DNA from: Octopus bimaculoides
Taxonomy: Eukaryota
DNA length: 64,000 nucleotides
Reading direction: 5' to 3'
Assembly: GCF_001194135.2 (NCBI RefSeq)
Contig: NC_068985.1
Location: forward strand, 30,634,011 to 30,698,010
Shown here: in pieces, positions 41,834 to 52,999 of the stretch
Numbering within the stretch: the first letter of the stretch is position 1
Layout of the letters: each line of letters starts with the position of its first letter
Program-made: the position numbers and the translations under genes
Notes under the pieces: generated by a model
Seen by the model: only the letters and a program-made list of their open reading frames with translations
The model's database searches: none
What the model was told of the DNA's origin: nothing

Positions 41834-41868
41834 GTTTTACGTTTCGAGCAAAGCTCTTCGTCAGAAAC
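41834..41868 (-). ncRNA. Minimal type I hammerhead ribozyme (PLE type)
   Basis: Minus strand reads GTTT-CTGACGA-A-GAGC-TTT-GCTC-GAAAC-GTA-AAAC: perfect stems I and II, intact core, palindromic ACGT at stem III, GUA cleavage triplet. Confidence 0.8.
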
Positions 41869-42091
41869 AGGAGACAGAAGAAAGTCCAAGAGAAAAGGAA
41901 GGCGGAGGAAAAAAATCGCCAACGATTCATTCTCAGAATTTTCATATCATAAACAGAATTAGGGACTACTTCCCTTATGCCCGAAGCAGTCCACATGTTG
42001 AGTTGGGTCAACATGTTGGGTCTGATAAAAAAAAAAAAAAAGAACTGAGTCTTTGCGTGATTCTGTAATTAATGATAACAAATTGATACTC

Positions 42092-42143
<52 letters not shown>

Positions 42144-42279
42144 CGCGCGAAAATCGATGGTTTCAAACAGGAAAAGTCAGCAAGTGAAGTTATTCTTGCA
42201 TTAAAAGAAAAAATATAAAGAACAAATAAAGAGGAAAACAATTAGTTTTAAATCTACGTTGGCAAATAGATTTTACTCC

Positions 42280-43730
42280 AAACAATGAATAATTTATTCA
42301 ATATTACACAGATATATTTAGCAGGTATGCATAAGATTTATTAATCTTCTGTGACCAATCGGAAAATTTTCATCTGTTTAACCTCGGATTTAGAAACGCC
42401 TATGATTTTCTTTTCAATAATGTTTATGGCCATGAATGTGTCCATATGGCCATGAAAGAAAAGCTATCTGAAGTTGAAACTACAGCTTTTCCTTAGTTGT
42501 AATGGCAAATACGAACTAATGAACATACATATATATATGTGTGTGTGTGTGTGTGTGTTTGCATATTTCTACCTCTGTAAGTGCGTACTTGCGTATGTAT
42601 GTATGTATGTATGTATATGATATGGATTCAGAGAATCGCGCGGCTATCAAAGTAAACTCCTTTTACGGACCAGGCTATCAGTCCGTAAGCCGACTGTAGT
42701 GTTCATTTCCGTATGCTTCTTGCACACTGAAATTAATTCCATATAAAGAAGGTTGCGAAACGGCCGTATCCCTATTAAAATCAAGTGGTTAAATGAATAT
42801 ATATATTCACCTCTTAAACCTCCTGGTTAAGCTTTTATATATGTATAAATTTATGAATGTATGAATTAAAAAAAATGAATTAAATTATGCATTGATTTCG
42901 GCGTTGAGTATTCAAGTTGTTCTATCAAATGAACTACATACTCATTGTAGTAGTGTGTGAGCAGTTGGGTATTTCACAGACAAGGCCAAATTATTATAAA
43001 CTCATTCAGTTTAACAGAAATATCAGTGTCGAGTGTCTATGATTTCATATACTAATCATCTGTAACTAATTGTAGTATTTTCAACATTTTCATCTAACAT
43101 CCGAAAAAGAAACGCCTATCATTTTCACTTCCCTGTTGAATGTGGCCTCAGAATATTGACTTTTGCTTTCGTAAGATAAAAATCAATTTAGAGGTGACAA
43201 ACCAAACGTAAATCCAAGGTTAGAATTATCATAAAACATTCTCGGTCACGGCCATTGAAGAACTGTACTTATTAAGCACAACAGTTGAGTGGTTTAAGAG
43301 TGAATTATTATTAAATTTACAGTTCCTATGGACTGAATCACTAGAAAATTATAGTATGGCTTATGACAATCAATCACGAATGACGAGCTGTATTGTACTT
43401 TGTACAACGAAACATACATAGTGTTATTTGTGTGATGTTATGAATCACGTAGTGTTGTGATATTGTACTTGTGTAGAGAAGTATCTAGTGACATGGTTGA
43501 TATCGAAACTAATGAACCATATTGGTGTCATGAAGATGGCACATTACTAAATTATAGATCGCAAACGTGGTGAATCATATAGCTTATTAGGTCGTAAAAC
43601 ATTGCTGATTATTTCGTATTTCTCCCGTATATTAAGAAAAAGTCAACGTAATGAAGCCCATCTTGTTTCTCTATTCCACTCAAGTACTGGGGCAGATTCT
43701 ACTCTCTTTGTTCCTCATTATGCGTCTCTC
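42280..43730. repeat. Old segmental duplication, copy B
   Basis: Colinear with 36790-38990; both copies end in a TCTCTCCTTCCCA(CT)n tract. Confidence 0.8.
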
Positions 43731-44299
43731 CTTCCCACCCTCTCTCTCCCCCTCTCTCACACACATACATGCATACATTTTTGAAAATGCATACTAATTG
43801 TGCCCAGTACAATTGTTATTGCATCACCCATATTCTTCAGGTTGACAGTGTACGAAAAAGCACGGTAGAAGCACGAGATTATGTTAGATAATTCCAAAGA
43901 ATGTGAAAATGTTTGAAAGACGATAACTCGCGTTTTCAGATAATCAGATGAAGTCTCTTGGATTATCTGTTGTGTCAATAAAGGGGATTTAGAAGAAAAA
44001 AATTAAAGAATATGTTAAATAATCTAAGAAAAAGTGTTCATAAGTCAGGTATTTAGAAAGACCTGTTGAGTCCCTCGTAATGGTCGATGTTCTTATAGAA
44101 AGGTTTAGTGAAAATGAGATAGAAGCAGACATTCACACGCATACACTTATATACATATATACGCGCATTCATTTTTATATGCTTACCTTACAAAGTTGAT
44201 TGGATATGCAAAATCATCATCCATTATGTAAAAATGGAGAAGCATGTGAAGGAGGTAAAATGATAAAATCTAGAATGTTTTGGAAGTTAGCCTGATGAT

Positions 44300-45150
44300 T
44301 GTAGAATATTCCACTGCGATAAAATACCCTTGTAGGGACATTTTGAATATATTAATGATGGTCAGGCAATTCTCGGGGGTCTTTAAGTCTTTATAAGATG
44401 TTTGTTTCTTGTTGTGCAAAGCCCGTATTTCCTGATCCGTTGACGTATGACTTCGCTCTTTCAAATACCTTCTACTTGATGCTGTAGTCAATGTTCCGCT
44501 TTTTCAGTACTCAAATGGTGTTGGCTAGTGTCGTGGTTGGTTTTTGTCGGTGTGTCTGAAGATCTAGAAGTTTTCATTTGGAACAACATGACGAAGCTTA
44601 AGTATCTCTGTATAAATTACTCTGCCATGTTATATGGCATTGTGGAATAACAATAGCTGTAGCAATCTTCACCCCATCTATTCCATTTAGCAGAGAGGAA
44701 CTATTATGTTCAACAGAATTGGGCAGGCTTAGCGAATATGGCCATATTCGTACGATCTACATATAACTGAGCTTAGGAAGACTCTGGAGTGGATGGTTGA
44801 AAAACATGAAGAAATGGACAGGAAGGACGTTTGTGGAAAACTTAAAGTTGTTTGATACCCGTAAAATTTGTGGGGTACAGCTGTGTCTCTTGTTGTGCTC
44901 CTACGACCCTTTCAGGCTAAGGAATCTTATTAATTGACCGGTAATGTAGGAAACTGATGATTCTTTGAGTTTTAATAAAACGGCAGGTAGCTGGAGTGGT
45001 AAGTCCTAAAATTTCTTTCTGTTTACCGATTGAGCCTTAAGTTATTCACTTTTACCATGTCAGGGATTACAAATTCTCGTCCGAGTATTTTGCTGGATGC
45101 GACTCAGTGTCATTGAAAAAGTCGAAAAAGGCCGAAATGCCATCTTTCTG
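44300..45150 (-). mobile_element. Penelope-like element remnant (GIY-YIG C-terminus)
   Basis: KRNIDYSIK*KVFERAKSYVNGSG on the minus strand; degraded upstream. Confidence 0.6.
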
Positions 45151-47294
45151 GCCGCTGCTGGGACGAGTGTTCGTCTCTTTGATATTTATTGTTTTTAACA
45201 TAGCCAGTCCAATTATCTCAAGAAAAATACTGCAGATCTAACCTATCAACAGTGTGTATATACTAAGTATGATACGTAGATGGATACTCCTTCATAGATT
45301 ATTGCAATGTCTTAAATTCTGTGAACTCCATTTGCTGACACTCGGAAAAGGTGCCGATGAAAGGGAACTAGATGGACCGAATCGCCTTGTGTTTCGGTGA
45401 TTACTAAATATTATCTTCCTTTGTTGAACAGTCGAAACGTGGTTCGTGCATCCCAGAGAAAAAAATTAAGTTTGTTTCGTTTAGTGAATTGTTTGAAACT
45501 ACTAAAAGTTGCAGCTGTCGAGTAATTAGAAATGACTGTTCGTTGTTTTAAACTATTGAAATGCATTCTTAACAGTGTGTGATTAGCTCTTTGATTCATC
45601 TCACACAAGTAAAAATAATTTATTCAGTAGACTGTCAAGACGCTATGATCATACTTTATCTAACCAAAACTTCATACATTTTTCTTTTCTTTTTGTACAT
45701 CAGTTTATCATGTACAAGTGTAAGAACATGAAAGTTATAGAAATGGAAATGAAGCTACGTGACATACGTCTTTCAAGCACGTATTAGAGACATAAGTGGG
45801 ACACAATGGTTTCAACCTGAAAATCAAAACCAGTACTAATCTAAATAGCTCATCATTTTTGTACAGTACTTCTCTTCCACACTTGCTTTTAGTTCAAATA
45901 TTGAGCGGACCTTATGAATTTTAATCTTTTGAGACTGATGAGATAAGATATATATTATGGTAGTGACAATATCGAGCATGACTCCTTCCTTAAAAACAGA
46001 ATCCTTTGCCTTTGTTAATTACTAAAGTGAAAAATGAAGGAGACATAGATTCACTATGCTACATTGCAAATGAACTTAATGAACCTTGTTAATTGTTACC
46101 ATTACCAGTTTCCTTGGATTCTGGAGCTTACCTGTATTAGTTGGGTTATGCATTTATATGTGTGTGTAAGTATATATATCATCTTATAAAAGAGAAGCCG
46201 ATCTCTGTGTCTGTCACTTATTTTTACAAATGGAGTAGAAAAGTTGTTGAGAGAGAGAGAGAGAGAGAGTGTGTGTGTGTGTGTGCGTGACTGATAGATA
46301 GATAGTAGTGTTGTCACTATAGTAACTAACAAGTTTGATTAAAAACAGGAATTCAACACAACACAATACAGACTTCAAATTAGTTAAGTGGGGGGCGGTT
46401 ATGTGTGTGTCTTTCAAGATACAGACACTACAATACAGACTAAAAAAACATTTTCAAAGGTACATGCATAATTAATAAATATTTTTAACGGCACTATAGC
46501 GACGGGAAATGACCCAGTATATATCATTTTATCTAGTTTCAGCTCATGAGCTGTGGCACCGCCATTATATAATTTTTATACTATCCTTATACATGACTTG
46601 CAACTTCTTTACATTCTTATAAAAACTGGTATGACTACGCATATATAAGTTGCTTAAGCATTTGGGTTACGATAACTTTATGTAGTGTACTTTGCCTAAC
46701 AGATTTCAATGAGCCCCTGATCCCTCTCCAAGTTGAACACTTATTAATTTCAGTGCTACAACTGCTTTAAATAGTATTGGATTAAATATGAATCACAGAT
46801 CTCTTCGCTGGATGTTTCATTATATTAACAACTTTCATCATTAATAGCTTTCAGAGATAATAAATGTATATGAAGCAAAAAAAAAAAAGATTATGCCATC
46901 ACTATCTTCAGCTTTGTTACAAAAATATAACTGTATCATTAAAAAGATTGCTTTGTAACCATCTGGTTCTTGGTTCAATCAAGCTTGGAAAACCTTGAAA
47001 AATTATTCTCCTATAACCTCTGGGGGCCAATACATCGTTTTAACTTGCACTTTTTTTCATAGTCATGGGTCGGCTGGAATTTGTTGACTCAGATTTTCTA
47101 CAGCTGAATGCCCTTCTTGTTACCAACCCTTACCTGTTTAGGGTTAGGGTTACCTGTTTCTTAGTAAAGTAACATTTCTTCATGGCTAGACAGATTTCCA
47201 TGAAAAACTGGAAACAAACGGCCACAGCTTGTATGATGGTGACACTTCTTTACAACTATCATACGATGTCAAGACAAGGAAACGCTAACAGTAC

Positions 47295-47349
<55 letters not shown>

Positions 47350-47569
47350 TTATCATCATCATTTAACGTCTGTTATTCATGCTGGCATGGGTTGGACGGT
47401 TTGACTGGGCTGGCATGCTGGAAGGCTGCGTCAAGCTCAGTCTGATTTGACATAGTTTTCTACGGCTGGATGACCTTCCTAATGCCAATCCCTCTGAGAG
47501 TGTAATGGGTGCTTTTACGTGCCACCGGTATCTGTCACGACTGCTACATTCCTTGGCTTGATGGGTCTT

Positions 47570-47907
47570 ATTTACAATTGACGGATATTTGACCTCATCT
47601 TGTTTGTTGTTAATACACCGTTTTGGCTGATATAACAGCAATAACGGGCATATGGCGTAGTGGTTAAGAGCGCGGGCTACTAACACCAAGATTCCGAGTT
47701 CGATTCCAGACAGTGACCTGAATAACAACAACATCGAAAAATACTTTAAGAATGAGAACCCAGGTTCGAAATTTCCCCAAGATACCTGATGAAGGCCGGA
47801 GGATATATCAGCCGAAACGTTGTGTTAACAACAAACAAGATGAGGACAAATATCCGTCAATTGTAAATAATGTACATAATTCCTCATCTCTTAAATATAG
47901 AACTGTA
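47570..47907 (+). mobile_element. tRNA-headed, hammerhead-bearing retroposon inserted in the RTE 3' UTR
   Basis: TSD TTGATGGGTCTT at 47558-47569 and 47908-47919; A box TGGCGTAGTGG 47653-47663; B box GTTCGATTCC 47698-47707; hammerhead 47781-47826; 65-bp inverted arms 47570-47634 and 47804-47868 with 4 mismatches. Confidence 0.8.
47781..47826 (+). ncRNA. Minimal type I hammerhead ribozyme motif
   Basis: GATAC-CTGATGA-A-GGC(14 nt)GCC-GAAAC-GTT-GTGTT: intact core, palindromic AACGTT at stem III, GUU triplet; stem I relies on G-U pairs. Confidence 0.65.
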
Positions 47908-50664
47908 TTGATGGGTCTTCTTCTCAAGCACGACATAATGCCAAAGGTCTTGGTCATTGCCTCTGTGAGGCCGAACACTCGAAAGGAACTCAGCCACTTC
48001 GCCTCCGTGAGACCCAACGTTCAAAGGTTGATCTTTTACGTGCCACCAGCACGGGTGCAATTGGCTTGACGGGTCTTCTTAAGCAGAGCGCATGGTCAAA
48101 GGTCTCGGTCACTAGTCATTGCCTCTGTGAGGTTCAATGTTCGAAGATCACGCTTCACCACTCCGTCCCATGTCTTCCTGGGGCTACCTCTACCACAGGT
48201 TCCCTCCACAGTTCGTGATCAGCATTTCTTTACACAGCTGTCCTCGACCATACGCATCACATGACCATACCAGCGCAGTCATCTCTCTTGGACACCACAT
48301 CTGATTCCTCTTATGCCTAACTTTTCTCTTAAGATGCTTACACTCTGTCGAACACTGTCATTGCACATCCAGCGAAGCATACTGCTTTCATTTCTCTCAA
48401 GCCTACACGTCCTTGGCTGTTATAGCCCATGTTTCACTGCTATGCAGCATAACTGCTCACACACAGGCACCAAACAATCTGCCTTTCACTCTCAGAAAGG
48501 CCCTTTGTTACCAGCAGGGATAGGACCTCTCTGAACTTTTCCCAACCTAATCTTATTCTCACAGATACGCTCTCGGAACAACCACCTCCACAACTAATCT
48601 GGTCGCCTACATACCGGAAGCTAACTACTACCTCTAGCTTGTTTCCAGTGGTAGTTGATGGAGTCTATTTTCCACACATGTTCAGCATTTATTATTCCTG
48701 TGCACCTTCCACATACAAAAGTTAGTTTCTCTGTTTACCTTCCTTTGATGTTGCTGCACCTTTTGTGTGTCCAAAGTTTATACTGGGTGCATCTTATGGA
48801 GTTTCTACCTACACCTTTTCTACAGATTGAGCAAGGCCATCTACCTGAGATTTGTGATTTGTGAGCCTTCCTACTTACTATGACTTTGAATTTTGCTAGG
48901 TTGACTCTAAGGCCCTTTGATTCTAGACCTTGTTTCCATACCTGGAACTTCTCTAGCTCAGGTAGTGATTCAGCTATAAAAGCAAGGTCATCTGCTTAGA
49001 GGAGCTCCCAGAAGCAGCCTGTCTTGAATTCCTGTTATTGCCTGGTGCACTACGATGAATAAGAGGGGGCTGAACACCGACCCTTGGTGAACCCCTATAG
49101 CACCTTGAATTCGTTGCCCACCCTCACCTTACTGGTAGCGTCCCTGTACAAGGCTTGTACAGCTCTCACCAACCACTCGTCTATCACTAGTTTCCGCATT
49201 GACCACCAGATCGTGGATAGGGGACTGTCAAAAGCTTTCTCCAAGTCAACAAAAGCCAAGTGCAGAGGTTTATCTTTGGCTAGATATTTTTCCTGCAGTT
49301 GCCTTACCAGAAATATAGCATCAGTGGTGCTGCTGCCTGGCACAAACCCAAACTGCATCTCATCTAGACTAACCCTGCCCCTGATTAGTTTGGCTATGAC
49401 TCTCTCCGTAACTTTCATCACCTGATCCAACAATTTGATACCTCTGTAATTATTTCTATCTAAGGCATCACCTTTACCTTTGTAGAATTTGACTATGGTG
49501 CTGCTACACCTGTCATTGAGTATGACTCCTTCATGAACCACCTGATTTACAATACGGGTGACTAGACCATAAACCACACCACCAGATATTTTAAGCATCT
49601 CAGCAGTGATTCCTGATGGGCCAGGGGCTTTCCCTGTCTTCATATCCTTAATTGCTTTATCTACCAGGGCACTGTCAATTCGGATAGCTGGTCCCTCAGT
49701 TGCATCAACATTTGGCAGACTCTCCTTCCATTCATTCTCCATGTTCAGCAGTCTTTCATAATGGCATCTCCAAGCCTCTTTCTTTGCAGACTCATAAAAA
49801 GCAAGTGCACCATCATCCATGCAGACACATTTCTTTCCTATGGCATCACAATTTTCTCTCACACACCGTCTTGCAATCTGAAATACTTCAGTTTGTTGGT
49901 CCTCACAGCACTGAACATAGGCAACTTCATCTTTTCTGCTACTCCCTTGGCTAGATATACCTGTCTCCTAGCTTCCTTTTTGGCTATCTGATAGTTTCCT
50001 GCTGCCCCCACTCTTCCAGGCCTGTTTCTTTTCTCTAATGGACCTGTTTATGGTGTTGTTCCACCACCACATTACCCTAGGTCTGGAAGGGACTTTGCAC
50101 CAGCCACAGATTTGGTCTGTGGTAGTCAGCAAGCTATCTCGCAGGAATTCCCAGTTGCCCTCTATGTCACAAGTTTGTAGCTGCTCCTTCTCATCAAATT
50201 TCTCAATAAGGATGTCCCTAAATCTCTGACCATACAAAGGGTCCTTAAGCTTCCAGATTCTTCTTTTCCACATTGGTCTGCTTCTTGGCATCAGTCTGGC
50301 CTGGAGTCTAAAGTCACTAACAACTAGTCTATGTTGGGGGTGGGGGGTTACATTCTTTACCAGAAAGAGTCTTTGCATTTAGGAGCAACCATGCATCCTG
50401 CTGTCTGGTGAGAATGAAATCTATCTGGCTAGCAGAGTCACCTGATTGATAGGTTATCAGGTGGCTGGCTGGCTGGCTTCCTGAAGTTGGTGTTGCAGAT
50501 CAAAAGGTTATTCCCATCACAGAACTCCAGTAGCCTTGTTCCCTATTCATGTTGGGAACCGATTCAATGGAACCTATTGTTGATACTGAGCTGCCATCCA
50601 ACATGCCCATTGAAATCCCCAGCCATGAAGATGAGATCATTGTCATTTGTCTTTGAGGTCATCT

Positions 50665-50820
50665 AGGTTTCTTTCAGTTTCCATCTACCAAAACTACTCA
50701 CAAGGTTTTGAGTGGTCCAGGGCTATAATAGAAGACACTTACCCAAGGAGCCCCTTGCTAGGACAGAATCTAAAACCCTGTGGATGGGAAGCAAACTTCT
50801 TAACCACACAGCTACACTTG
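50665..50820 (-). mobile_element. Family A SINE 5' part at the truncated end of the RTE
   Basis: Reverse-complement similarity to 53255-53410. Confidence 0.6.
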
Positions 50821-50870
50821 TGCTTTGTAAATGGAATTTACTAAACAGAAATTGTATGGAAATATACAGT

Positions 50871-50916
<46 letters not shown>

Positions 50917-51224
50917 ATTGATGAGTGGTTTTGCATGGGCAGATGTATTATTTTACTTTGTGTCTGTATCCCTGTTTACACTGATTTTTAAAACTGATGT
51001 GTTTATTGTATTCCTTTATGTCCTCTAAGTGAGTAATGCAAAAGCCATTCTGTCATTTCATTTCAAATTACAACATTGAACCTCTACTGAGGCAAGACCC
51101 ATCTAACCCATCGCAATATGGATAAACACATAAAATAAGGATGACGGTAGAGATGATGATGACTATGAGTGACTATCTTTGATGCTAGCCAGCATCTGCT
51201 ATAGGTTACAGACACAAGACTGGT

Positions 51225-51440
51225 GCAATCATCATTTTATGTCCGCTTTTCCATGCTGGCATGGGCTGGATGGGTGGCCACAGTAAGAACTAGCACATAT
51301 TCAAGGAGTATTGCTCATCTAGACAAGTCAGAGAGGGACCTCATCTCACTCACATTTTGTTTTGGCTTGGTTTCTATAGCTGGATGCCCTTCCTAACACC
51401 AACCACTACACAGAGTACAAGGTGCTTTTTAATACCATTA
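51225..51440 (-). mobile_element. RTE-tailed SINE or RTE 3' UTR fragment
   Basis: TCCATGCTGGCATGGG and AGCTGGATGCCCTTCCTAAC match the reverse of 1-222. Confidence 0.6.
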
Positions 51441-52884
51441 GAACTAGAGAGGTGTCATGTCCTCATCATGACCTGAGGATCTTCATAATGTTAAACTTTA
51501 CAGAGTGTACTTGGTGTGATTTTTGTGACACCAGCACTACAGAGGTAGCCAAGTACTCGACATGACAAAAAGGAGCTATAATCCCACATCTCAGCTGTCT
51601 TGCCAGGAGAGTGAAATGCATGAATGATAGCAATAAGAGGGATATGTAATGGGAAAGGAGTGACAGGTGTACTTGGTATTCTGGGATATGTATATTCTAG
51701 GCAACCTGACTGAAACAGCAATAAAGACAAGGATAGTAGTGTGAGCAATATACAGGTATGTGAGAGGGATGTGTGACATGAAGAGAGAGATGAATAAGGT
51801 AGGGGATGATACAGTTAACTTAATTGACCTCAGTATATGACTGGTACTTATTTACTGATCATGAGAGGTTGAAATGCAAGCAGGATTTGAACTCAGAACA
51901 TGGTTTTTCACATCAACACAAAACCACAAATTTGATGGAGGGAAGACGTCCGAGTGTGTGTATGATGGAGGGGGTGTCAATTGAACTAATATCGAAATGT
52001 GGCAGGTACTCATGCAATCATTTACATGCAGTTTAGTGATTAGAGGACAATCTTAAAGAGGCTGAAGTTGTATGAGAAAAAGAATGTACGGAGTGAAATG
52101 AGATAGTGAAGATAATAGGGAGGAAGAATGACAGATGGATCGAATAGGTTTGGATGAAATAGGATCTGTGTGGTACTTTGGAAAGGTACCTTGTGAGTGA
52201 ATTTAGTAGATGGAAATGAAAACTACATGGAAGCCAGTCGCGTGCACATGTGTATGTGTGTGTGTGTAACTGTGTCTCCATGTTTGTCCTCTGCCATCAC
52301 TTGATGATCAGTGCTGGTTTGTTTATGTCCTTGTAACTTCGAAGTTTAGCAAAACAATAGAATAAGTAGAGACTAAAAATAAGTACTGGAGTCAATCTAT
52401 ACAACTAAAACTCTTCAAGGCAGTGCCACAGCATGGCCGCAATCCAATGACTAAAATAAAAGGGATAAAAAAACTACAAGTATCTAAGTTAATAGACAAG
52501 TGAAATGTTTGAACATTGATGCAGAATAAATAAATAAATAAATAAATAAATAAAAACAAAAGGCATTTGTTGCAGCTGTGTTGTAACAAAATCTGTAATT
52601 CGTTAAATACTGCAAAAACTTAATAAAAGACAATAATAAATTATTATTGCATTTACTGCCCTTCTTGGTTCCTCAATAAAACTCTTTTTTTCCATACAAA
52701 ATGAAATATTTCATTGATGAAGAAAATAGTTCAACAGCTTAGAAATAAGCCAGTGATGCTGCCTTGTGGCTTTCTCTTAATATAAATATGGCATTCACCC
52801 CTGAAGTATTTCAAGTCTGCATAGATAATCATATGAGAAATATTAAACAATTGAATCTGGGAGAAACAATCGAAGCAAAATGTT

Positions 52885-52999
52885 TTAACGTGACATCCCC
52901 AAGAACATCTGCATTGCAATTGTGCCGATACTTAGAGTGAACAGTCCTTTGCAGAATAATAAGGTCCAGGATCCCAAGTGGCCAGCATGGATAAGAATC
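52885..52999 (-). CDS. TMEM147: TMEM147 coding exon 6 (115 nt, includes TAA stop)
   Basis: Acceptor TTTCCACAG; encodes [37 protein letters not shown]. Confidence 0.88.

Larger units (their letters stand above)
47345..50662 (-). mobile_element. RTE-clade LINE, 5'-truncated and decayed (APE C-terminus, RT, 3' UTR with (GAT)n tail)
   Basis: QHRLVVSDF, KAPGPSGITAEMLK, NYRGIKLL, QFGFVPGSSTTDAIFLVRQLQEK, AFVDLEKAFD (ORFs 49095-49862 and 49968-50378); stops and deletions. Confidence 0.92.

Noticed and set aside
45350-45395. CCGATGA-AAGG...CC-GAATCG degenerate hammerhead; similar weak cases at about 6330-6390, 18765-18830 and 34835-34870
   Set aside because: Catalytic core positions are mutated or one half is missing; possible relics, but not supportable as ribozymes.
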